Below are positions 9,336 to 16,982 of a stretch of 64,000 nt of DNA, piece after piece. Numbering within the stretch: the stretch's first letter is position 1; each line of letters begins with the position of its first letter. The notes beneath the pieces were generated by a model. That model did not search any database. It saw only the letters and a list, made by a program, of their open reading frames with translations, and was not told the origin of the DNA. The position numbers were made by a program, and so were the translations under genes. This DNA comes from an uncultured Pseudomonadota bacterium (GTDB lineage Bacteria > UBA10199 > GCA-002796325 > 1-14-0-20-49-13): positions 2,713 to 66,712 of the forward strand of contig CAZYHS010000004.1 in the NCBI GenBank assembly GCA_964647545.1, in the 5' to 3' direction.

Positions 9336-12300
9336 ATGTCGACCAAGGCAACTGCGCTGAAAACAAAGACAAATGGAAAAACAAAGACCAAAGGAGAGCT
9401 GGAGACGGTACAAAACGGCCTGAAGGTCGAACGGAGATTTACGCACCCGTTCTCAAAACCTCTCGACGAAGTGAAATTCACAAAGCGCACCTCGGTCATC
9501 ACAAATCCGGACGGCAGCGTTGTCTTTAAAATGGACAGCGTCGAAGTGCCGGAAGGCTGGTCGCAGCTTGCCACCGACATAGTCGTCTCGAAATATTTCC
9601 GCAAACGCGGAGTCCCCGGCAGCGGCAGCGAAACAAGCGTAAAACAGGTCGTACACCGCATCGCCAACACCATACGTCAGGCTGGCGAGGATATCGGCGG
9701 ATATTTCGCCTCCAAAGAGGACGCCGATAACTTCGAGGCCGATCTCGGTTTTATGCTTATTAACCAGTACGGCGCCTTCAATTCTCCGGTTTGGTTCAAC
9801 TGCGGCCTCTTCCACCACTACGGCATCACCGGCAGCGGCGGAAACTACTTCTGGAACTTTGAAAAGGGAGAGATCGACACAACCACCGACTCTTATTCGC
9901 ACCCGCAGGCTAGCGCGTGTTTTATTCAGTCGGTTGACGACGACTTAATGAGCATCTTCGAACTCGCAAAGAACGAAGCTAAGCTCTTCAAGTTCGGCAG
10001 CGGAACCGGCACCAACTTTTCGCATCTTCGCGGAAAGCAGGAAAAGCTCTCCGGCGGCGGCACAAGCTCGGGGCTCATGAGCTTCCTTGAAGTGCTCGAT
10101 CGCGGAGCGGGCGCAACTAAATCGGGCGGCACAACACGCCGCGCGGCAAAAATGTGCTGTCTCGACGCCGACCACCCCGAGATCATCGACTTCATTAACT
10201 GGAAAGTTACAGAAGAGAAAAAGGTCGCGGCTCTCATCTCCTGCGGATACTCAAGCGATTTCAACGGCGACGCTTATAAGACCGTTGCCGGACAAAATTC
10301 GAACAACTCGGTTCGCGTGACCGACGAGTTCATGTACGCCGCCCTTAACAACGAAGTGTGGAACACCCGCGCAAGAACGACCGGCGAGATCATCGACACC
10401 TACAAAGCTCGCGACATTTTAAAACAGATTTCAAAGGCAACTTGGGCCTGCGCCGACCCCGGCGTTCAGTTCGATTCGACCTTCAATAAATGGAACACCT
10501 GCAAGTCCAGCGGTAAGATCAACGCCACCAACCCGTGCTCCGAATTTGCATTCCTCGATGACAGCGCCTGCAACTTGGCCAGCATAAATTTAATGAAGTT
10601 CTACGATTCCGCTACCGGCCGTTTCAACATCGAAGGTTTTGAGCACGCCTGCAAAATTTTCATAATCGCACAGGATATTCTGGTCGATTTTTCGAGCTAT
10701 CCGACCGCCCGTATCGCGCTCAACAGCCATAAGTTCCGCCCGCTCGGACTTGGCTACGCAAACATGGGGACGCTCCTCATGGTCAACGGCTTCCCCTACG
10801 ACAGCGAAGAGGGACGCACGCTCTGCTCGGCCATCACCGCCATCATGACCGGCAAAGCTTACGAAACAAGCGCCGAAATCGCGGCCAGCCGCGGCGCGTT
10901 CGACGAGTACGCAAAGAACAGAGAATCGATGCTCGACGTCATTAAGATGCATCGTGAAGCGGCCTACCAGATCACCGATTCGGTAGCCAAAGACCTCGGC
11001 AACGCCGCGCGCATCGCATGGGACAAGGCTTTAGCGGTCGGTTCAAGCAACGGCTTTAGAAACGCGCAAGTCACCGTGTTGGCGCCGACAGGCACGATCG
11101 GCCTTTTGATGGACTGCGACACGACCGGCATCGAGCCCGAATACGCGCTCGTGAAATTTAAAAAACTGGCCGGCGGCGGATATTTCAAGATCGTCAATCA
11201 GTCGCTTGAAATGTCGCTGAAAAAACTCGGCTACACCGACACGCAAATCAACGACATCGAAAATCACATTAAGGGAACCGCGACTCTTCGCGGCGCCCCG
11301 CACATCGGCACCGAAGTTCTCAAAGCGAAAGGTTTCACCGACACAGACCTTGAAAAAATTGAAAAAGTTCTGCCGGGGGCGTTCGATATCAACTTTGTAT
11401 TCAACGCCAATACTCTCGGCGAAGAGGCGATGCGGCGCTTTGGATTTACGCCGGAGCAGTTTAAAGCCCCCGGGTTTAATCTGCTTAAATCGCTCGGTTT
11501 TACCGACGCGCAGATCGAAGAGGCAAACCTTGTCATCTCCGGCCGCATGACGATCGAAGGAGCTCCTCATCTTAAAGAAGAACATCTGCCTGTCTTTGAC
11601 TGCGCCAATAAGAACGGTAAGCTCGGCAAACGCTTTTTATCTCCGATGTCGCATCTTAGAATGTTGAGTGCGGCCCAAAAGTTCATCAGTGGCGCGATAT
11701 CAAAAACGATAAACGTCCCCAACGAAACTACTGTTGACGACATTGAAAAACTTTACGTCGAAGCTTGGAGAATGGGCCTAAAGGCCGTAGCCATCTACCG
11801 CGACGGCTCAAAACACGCGCAGCCACTCTCCAGCACGAACGACGCAAAAAAGCAGAAGGACGCCGCAACGACAACGGCTAACGCGACCGGACTTGCGGCC
11901 TCATCGTCGGCACAACCGGTTTTGCGCAGAAGACGGCTTCCGAAAAAGAGAAACGGCTTCACGCAGGAAGCGCGCGTAGGCGGACAAAAAATTTATCTGC
12001 GCACAGGTGAATACGAAGACGGCACGGTCGGCGAACTCTTTATCGATATGCACAAAGAGGGGGCCGCGTTCCGTTCGATGATGAACTGTTTTGCAATTGC
12101 GGTCTCTTTGGGCCTTCAGTACGGCGTACCGCTCGAAGAATATGTCGACTGCTTCACCTTCACACGTTTTGAACCGCAGGGAGTTTGCGATCACCCGAAC
12201 GTAAAAATGTCGACGTCGATCGTTGACTTTGTCTTCCGTGTGCTCGGCATGGAATATCTCGGCCGCACCGATTTTGTTCAGGTCAAACCCAACGACGAAG

Positions 12301-12776
12301 ATCTGACGTTTAAAATCAAACAGAAGATTGCGGCGGCGACAAAGCAGGCTCAACATGCGGCCGCTATCGCCGGCGCAAAAGAGCAGCACACAAATTCGCA
12401 GCACCCCGATGCAAAGTCGCACGCGACCCCCTCCGCTTCACATGCGGCCGGAGCCTCCGTTGCAAACGAGGGAATTGCACCGGCACTAAAAGCGATCGCG
12501 ACTCCAAGCGGTGCTGCAGTTATAAGCATCTCGCAGCAACCTAAAGCTGCGGTTACAGAACCACGCATACCCGAAGGCGCGATCGTCTCACGACCGGCGG
12601 CGGGCGCGGCCGTATCGGCCTCTGCCGGAGGAGTACAGGCGGCCGGCGGGCTTAGCGAACATCTTTCGACAATGATGGGAGACGCACCGTTTTGCGATCA
12701 GTGCGGACACGTGACCGTTAGAAACGGCGCGTGTTACAAGTGCGTCAACTGCGGCAACTCGATGGGATGCAGTTAA
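9336..12776 (+). CDS. nrdJ: Class II (B12-dependent) ribonucleoside-diphosphate reductase with TSCPD domain and C-terminal Zn ribbon
   Basis: FNSPVWFN, SACFI, GGTTRRAAKM, ATNPCSE, LAPTGTI, AISKTIN, YRDGSK and a terminal CxxC...CxxC. Confidence 0.95.
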   Translation: MSTKATALKTKTNGKTKTKGELETVQNGLKVERRFTHPFSKPLDEVKFTKRTSVITNPDGSVVFKMDSVEVPEGWSQLATDIVVSKYFRKRGVPGSGSETSVKQVVHRIANTIRQAGEDIGGYFASKEDADNFEADLGFMLINQYGAFNSPVWFNCGLFHHYGITGSGGNYFWNFEKGEIDTTTDSYSHPQASACFIQSVDDDLMSIFELAKNEAKLFKFGSGTGTNFSHLRGKQEKLSGGGTSSGLMSFLEVLDRGAGATKSGGTTRRAAKMCCLDADHPEIIDFINWKVTEEKKVAALISCGYSSDFNGDAYKTVAGQNSNNSVRVTDEFMYAALNNEVWNTRARTTGEIIDTYKARDILKQISKATWACADPGVQFDSTFNKWNTCKSSGKINATNPCSEFAFLDDSACNLASINLMKFYDSATGRFNIEGFEHACKIFIIAQDILVDFSSYPTARIALNSHKFRPLGLGYANMGTLLMVNGFPYDSEEGRTLCSAITAIMTGKAYETSAEIAASRGAFDEYAKNRESMLDVIKMHREAAYQITDSVAKDLGNAARIAWDKALAVGSSNGFRNAQVTVLAPTGTIGLLMDCDTTGIEPEYALVKFKKLAGGGYFKIVNQSLEMSLKKLGYTDTQINDIENHIKGTATLRGAPHIGTEVLKAKGFTDTDLEKIEKVLPGAFDINFVFNANTLGEEAMRRFGFTPEQFKAPGFNLLKSLGFTDAQIEEANLVISGRMTIEGAPHLKEEHLPVFDCANKNGKLGKRFLSPMSHLRMLSAAQKFISGAISKTINVPNETTVDDIEKLYVEAWRMGLKAVAIYRDGSKHAQPLSSTNDAKKQKDAATTTANATGLAASSSAQPVLRRRRLPKKRNGFTQEARVGGQKIYLRTGEYEDGTVGELFIDMHKEGAAFRSMMNCFAIAVSLGLQYGVPLEEYVDCFTFTRFEPQGVCDHPNVKMSTSIVDFVFRVLGMEYLGRTDFVQVKPNDEDLTFKIKQKIAAATKQAQHAAAIAGAKEQHTNSQHPDAKSHATPSASHAAGASVANEGIAPALKAIATPSGAAVISISQQPKAAVTEPRIPEGAIVSRPAAGAAVSASAGGVQAAGGLSEHLSTMMGDAPFCDQCGHVTVRNGACYKCVNCGNSMGCS

Positions 12777-12781
12777 AAACA

Positions 12782-12844
12782 GTTTAGTCGGTTAGTCCCG
12801 TTAGTTCTGTTAGGTCAGTTGAGTCGGTTATTTCGGTTAAGTAC
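12782..12844. repeat. Seven degenerate 9-bp tandem units, each starting GTT
   Basis: gtttagtcg gttagtccc gttagttct gttaggtca gttgagtcg gttatttcg gttaagtac. Confidence 0.8.
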
Positions 12845-12871
12845 GAGGTGATCGGTAAACGCGATAATTTT

Positions 12872-12901
12872 GAAAAGGCTGCCATGCGCAGCCTTTTCCT
12901 T
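12872..12901 (+). terminator. Intrinsic terminator after nrdJ
   Basis: gaaaaggctgc-catgc-gcagccttttc followed by a T-rich run. Confidence 0.7.
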
Positions 12902-12921
12902 TAGTAAAGAACGGAGATCTT

Positions 12922-13206
12922 ATGGAACAACGTAACCAAGAAATTCAAATCAAGCTGAACGAAGAGACGGCGAAGGGAATTTACTCAAACGCAACTATCA
13001 TTAGTCACACGCAGACAGAATTTTTGCTCGACTTCGTAACGATTTTTCACGGCAAGGGAGTCCTTAGCTCAAGAATGATCTTGTCTCCAAACCACGCAAA
13101 AAGTTTACTGCGAGTATTATCGGAAAATGTTGCAGCCTTTGAAAATAAGTTCGGCGAAATAAAAGATCTCGGCGAATCGAAACTCAATTTAAGTGACGTG
13201 CATTAA
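12922..13206 (+). CDS. DUF3467-family small protein
   Basis: GIYSN...HTQTEFLLDF...SRMILSPNHAKSLLRVLSENVAAFENKFGEI pattern; GGAG RBS. Confidence 0.85.
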   Translation: MEQRNQEIQIKLNEETAKGIYSNATIISHTQTEFLLDFVTIFHGKGVLSSRMILSPNHAKSLLRVLSENVAAFENKFGEIKDLGESKLNLSDVH

Positions 13207-13322
13207 TTGTTAAGTGTCGGGCACTTAAGAATAAATACCACGCAGCGGGCCGGCGCAAATATTAAAATTTGGTACAAATTATTGTGTCTAACTAGCTAAA
13301 TAACGGATGAATATTTCGCTGA

Positions 13323-13847
13323 CTAAGATTCTTGTTTTGTCAGCCAAGCGAATTTGATAAATCCAGCTGTGTCTAAAAATCCAACATTATTTCCGTCATT
13401 AAAGTTTATATCGTAGAACGTTTGAACATAATAGTAATCAGTAGGCGATAAAAGAATAATGGTATTGCCCTTTAATATCCACTCACCAGTTGTATGTATT
13501 TCTAGATATGTTTTAGCTTGTTCATCACATGAATATGTTCCATCTTCATTAAAGGTTATTCTGATATTTTCCGGTTCTTGAGTGTTTAGGAAATATACAG
13601 TACCGTCCCAAACTCCGACAATTCCGTTGGATTCTGAAACCTCAACAACCTCAAGTCGATCAACCAATTCATCGATTGCGGCCTGCACGTTTGTCGCCGT
13701 AAGGGCCGAAGCGGCATTGTCATAAATCACGTCGATCGCATTACCGATCGATGCTGCAATGCCTTTTGCAGCACCTCCACAGGCTGCAACATAAACGACA
13801 CCCGCAAGGAAACCAGCCACCAAGTATGCATATCTAAACTGTTTCAT
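13323..13847 (-). CDS. Hypothetical lipoprotein with a phage-fibre-like YDN..S.L.ATNVQAAIDEL motif
   Basis: Lipobox VAAC, GGAGG RBS, visibly AT-richer than its flanks; C-terminal domain rich in beta-strand-like segments. Confidence 0.7.
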   Translation of the reverse strand: MKQFRYAYLVAGFLAGVVYVAACGGAAKGIAASIGNAIDVIYDNAASALTATNVQAAIDELVDRLEVVEVSESNGIVGVWDGTVYFLNTQEPENIRITFNEDGTYSCDEQAKTYLEIHTTGEWILKGNTIILLSPTDYYYVQTFYDINFNDGNNVGFLDTAGFIKFAWLTKQES

Positions 13848-13878
13848 TTTGCCTCCTTTTGATCAATCGACACGTCCC

Positions 13879-13896
13879 TATGAATACGTGTTCATA
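13879..13896. promoter_or_regulatory. Candidate operator between the divergent lipoprotein and XRE genes
   Basis: 18-bp inverted repeat TATGAAtACGTgTTCATA with one mismatched pair. Confidence 0.5.
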
Positions 13897-13923
13897 TAAG
13901 TCGTATGCAGATAGTTGTAAAGT

Positions 13924-14136
13924 GTGAATTTAGAAAGCACCATGAAGCACTTTGGCAGGAGGGTTAAGGAATTGCGTCTAAGACAAAAACTGACACAAGA
14001 GGGAATGCAGTCATTTGGATTTAACTACCGATATTTTCAAAAGATAGAAGCAGGACAAGTCAATGTAACTCTCGACACACTTCTTAGACTCGCAAAGTCT
14101 TTCAAATGCCCGATTTCCGACCTATTCAAGTTTTAA
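13924..14136 (+). CDS. XRE-family helix-turn-helix regulator
   Basis: FGRRVKELRLRQKLTQE...YFQKIEAGQVNVTLDTLLRLAKSF; start may instead be the ATG at 13942. Confidence 0.88.
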   Translation: MNLESTMKHFGRRVKELRLRQKLTQEGMQSFGFNYRYFQKIEAGQVNVTLDTLLRLAKSFKCPISDLFKF

Positions 14137-14179
14137 GGATTTATTGCGCTGCAGTACAAAGCGACAAAGCTGTTAGTTT

Positions 14180-15049
14180 CCTAAGTAACGAAGGCGACTT
14201 AGCTGGGAATTGCTTAGGTATGCACACGAGTTCCCCCGCCTGCTAACGCCTGAGCTTAAGCGATGGCGGGCAGGCGATTAACACCTCGGGGAGAACATGC
14301 TTGGGACGTGCGTCCTAGCGCCCAACACCGAGCCGCTCAAAGCTGTAAGTGCAGCGCGGTTAGCACACGAGTTCCCCGCGCGCAGAATGTCCGCAGCGAC
14401 AGTCACGCGTGAAAGTTTCTGAGAGATTTTGGAAAAGAGACAATGAATATGCGTTGGATCGCTTCACTTCGTTCGCAATGACGCAAGAAGTACAAGCTGG
14501 ATTCCAGCATGCGCTGGAATGACACGCTGGATAAGGGAATGACTTGCCCAACTGAAACAACTTTTCTCCCGAGCACCTCAGATAAATAATTTTCGATTCG
14601 AGCAGCTAGATTTTCTTGGCTTTGCGTCCAATGCGTTCGCGTAAACCTTTGATGAGACTTTTAATACGCGATGACGGTCCGCTGTTCGAAGCCTCAAAAA
14701 ACTCTTGAGAGAGAATTGAAATGCTTTTTTGAGGCGAGTTCGGACCGGCAAGCAGGTACGCAAATGCCCTAGAAAATCAGCGTCGCTCGATTCCTTAAAC
14801 GCGAAAATTACTTATCTGGGGTGGAAGGGAGATTGCTTCGCTACGCTCGCAATGACGCAAGAAGTACAAGCTCGATTCCAGCATGCGCTGGAATGACATG
14901 CATGTGGCGTGCGGCGTGCGGGGGATTGCTTCGTCGCGCCTCGCGCTCCTTCCGCCAGAGGCGGACAGGCGCAATGACGCGAGTGACGTCAACGAGGTCC
15001 CTCCGCCAATACTACGCGGCGGACAGGCGATTACTACCTCGGGGATGAC
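14180..15049. repeat. Mosaic cluster of REP-like palindromic elements
   Basis: Seven hairpin units end in ATGAC (at 14482, 14523, 14543, 14856, 14897, 14978, 15049); 52-nt direct repeat 14473-14524 / 14847-14898 with 1 mismatch; 15-nt direct repeat gcacacgagttcccc at 14222 and 14363. Confidence 0.8.
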
Positions 15050-15056
15050 AAATCAG

Positions 15057-15100
15057 AAACAAAAAAGCCCCACGACTGCTCGCAGGGCTTTTATTTTTTT
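15057..15100 (-). terminator. Intrinsic terminator after thyX
   Basis: aaaagccc (15063-15070) / gggctttt (15085-15092) flanked by A- and T-runs. Confidence 0.7.
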
Positions 15101-15110
15101 CGTCTGCAAA

Positions 15111-15977
15111 TTACTCCAACTTACCACCGGTAAGTTTTGCGCGTAATTCGGCAAGCTCAACCTTTGCGGTCGCGTCACTTGTCCCGTCTTTTTGCAACTG
15201 CTGGGCGCGCGCGACGATCGCCTTTTCTACGATTTCGCCGTTTAACACCGCGCTTCGCAAGGCTTCGATCTCCGACCGCGAAAATTGCACCGCGCCGCGT
15301 CTGTGCTCTTCAAACGCCTCCCAAGTCAGCGGGCAGCGCTCCTTCACAAAATGCGCGATGGCTTCGGCAAAAACGCGAATTTCTTTTTGCGCGTGGGCGT
15401 CGAGCCTCAGCTCAAGAAAGTGGAGAAGATTGTGCAGATCCATCTTCCAATACCACTCGGTATAGGTCGACAAGGGAAGCGTCACGCGCGCAATTTCACG
15501 AGCGACGCCCTTTTCCATATATTCATTGTAATGCGCAAACAACATATCGATGTCGTCGTTGTAGCGTTTCAAAATTTCAGCGTTCACAGGTTCTGCGACC
15601 GCTTCGTCGAGCGAGCCCTGCCGGTTGATGACCGCCTGCTTGCGCAAATCGGACGGCTCGGGCCGCCACACATGATCTTCCATGATCGAATAGCGTCCGC
15701 TGATCTCGTTTACGCTGGCCGTGCGGTGCCTTATCCACTGGCGCGCGACAAAAATCGGCATTTTGCAGTGGAACTTAAACACAACCATTTCAAACGGACT
15801 GTTGTGCTGATGCTTCAGAAGATAATTGATGAGCCCCTTATCCTGCCTGACGCTCTTTGTCCCCATGCCGTAAGAAACTCTCGCGGCTTGAACAACGCTT
15901 GAGTCGTCGCCCATCACATCGACCAGACGCACAAACCCCTGATCGAGACAGCGAATCGTATTTTCCATGTCTGCCAT
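15111..15977 (-). CDS. thyX: FAD-dependent thymidylate synthase
   Basis: ARVSY, HNSPFEM, ARQWIRHRTASVNEISGRY, HFLELR...HAQKEIR. Confidence 0.95.
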   Translation of the reverse strand: MADMENTIRCLDQGFVRLVDVMGDDSSVVQAARVSYGMGTKSVRQDKGLINYLLKHQHNSPFEMVVFKFHCKMPIFVARQWIRHRTASVNEISGRYSIMEDHVWRPEPSDLRKQAVINRQGSLDEAVAEPVNAEILKRYNDDIDMLFAHYNEYMEKGVAREIARVTLPLSTYTEWYWKMDLHNLLHFLELRLDAHAQKEIRVFAEAIAHFVKERCPLTWEAFEEHRRGAVQFSRSEIEALRSAVLNGEIVEKAIVARAQQLQKDGTSDATAKVELAELRAKLTGGKLE

Positions 15978-15998
15978 GTGTTGACCTTTGCGAAAAGT

Positions 15999-16223
15999 TT
16001 AGAGCGGAATCACGGCTTCCAGTTCGGGAAATTCGTGTTTTAAAACTCTTTCAACTCCCATCTTGAGCGTCATCTGAGCGCCCGGGCAACAGCCGCAAGC
16101 CCCTTTTAGTTTGACGTAAACTTTGTTCTCTTTGACGTCGATGAGATCGATGTTACCGCCGTCCATCATAAGTCTGGGGCGAACCTGCTCGTCGAGCACT
16201 TTTTCGACACTTGCTTTATCCAT
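15999..16223 (-). CDS. NifU C-terminal-domain (NfuA-like) Fe-S carrier
   Basis: VRPRLMMDGGNIDL...LKGACGCCPGAQMTLKMGVE; AGGAGG RBS before ATG 16223. Confidence 0.9.
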   Translation of the reverse strand: MDKASVEKVLDEQVRPRLMMDGGNIDLIDVKENKVYVKLKGACGCCPGAQMTLKMGVERVLKHEFPELEAVIPL

Positions 16224-16312
16224 AAAGCCTCCTTGTTTTTCGTGGTCTGTCACCTATCAATATTTCGGAGGTATTGACAACACAAAAACTCTGCGGCAAA
16301 TAGCCTGTCACT

Positions 16313-16972
16313 ATGACCAAACTTGAAACAGCAAAAAAACGGAAATGGTTTTTATTTACAATAATTTACTTCATTATCGGCTATATGGGGCTGGGCAACC
16401 TCAACATGTTCCGCAGCCACTATTTTAACGTGGAGCTTCCGTTTGAAGCCCACATTCCGTTCATTCCGGCCTTCATTTTGGGCTACACGTCGGTCTATTT
16501 TGCCCTCATCCTCGTTTATGTTTTGATCGACGATTACAAACTTTTCGACCGCGCAATTAAATTTTTCCTGACGGTCTCGACCGCTCACTTTATTTTATTT
16601 TTACTTGTGCCGGTAAAAATGACGCGCCCCGATCTCGCCGACGCCGCGGGAACAATGAACCTTCTGACAAAATATTATTATCTTATCGACAACCCGACGA
16701 ATTGTTTTCCGTCTTTGCACGTGGCCTATCCGCTGGCCGGAACGATCGCGCTGTGGAACTACAAACGCGGTTGGGCCGTCGTCTTGCTTTTTGCCACCTT
16801 ATTGATCGCGGTGTCGGTGCTGCTTGTCAAACAGCATTACTTTATGGACGTAGTCGCAGCCGGAATTTTAACTCCAATTCTTTGGTGGATAACAACCCCC
16901 GGATCATTCCCGCGGTATTTAGCGGGAATCCAGCGAATTTTACGAGTCCCCCGATTAAGACCTCGGGTATGA
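16313..16972 (+). CDS. PAP2-like membrane phosphatase/phosphotransferase (Aur1/IPC-synthase-like branch)
   Basis: About 6 TM helices; IPFIPAF, NCFPSLHVA and KQHYFMDV motifs. Confidence 0.8.
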   Translation: MTKLETAKKRKWFLFTIIYFIIGYMGLGNLNMFRSHYFNVELPFEAHIPFIPAFILGYTSVYFALILVYVLIDDYKLFDRAIKFFLTVSTAHFILFLLVPVKMTRPDLADAAGTMNLLTKYYYLIDNPTNCFPSLHVAYPLAGTIALWNYKRGWAVVLLFATLLIAVSVLLVKQHYFMDVVAAGILTPILWWITTPGSFPRYLAGIQRILRVPRLRPRV

Positions 16973-16973
16973 C
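16904..16973. repeat. REP-like doublet overlapping the 3' end of the PAP2-like gene
   Basis: tcattcccgcggtatttagcgggaatccag plus gagtcccccgattaagacctcgggtatgac; the TGA stop lies inside the terminal ATGAC. Confidence 0.75.
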
Positions 16974-16982
16974 ATCAAACTC

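Noticed and set aside
9336-12776. Intein or intron in the long nrdJ
   Set aside because: Catalytic motifs are contiguous; the extra length is an Ala-rich linker before the terminal Zn ribbon; no intein splice motifs seen
14137-14440. Known ncRNA (6S, SRP, RNase P, tmRNA, group II intron end)
   Set aside because: Hairpins are present but none of the signature motifs were recognised; treated as part of the repeat mosaic
14473-14898. Possible CRISPR array
   Set aside because: Only two copies, 374 bp apart, each a composite of palindromes; no regular spacers and no cas genes
14360-15146. Short ORFs called across the repeat mosaic (14360-14560, 14578-14763, 14795-14992, 14821-15048, 14883-15146)
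   Set aside because: They lack an SD, translate palindromic repeats and overlap one another on both strands
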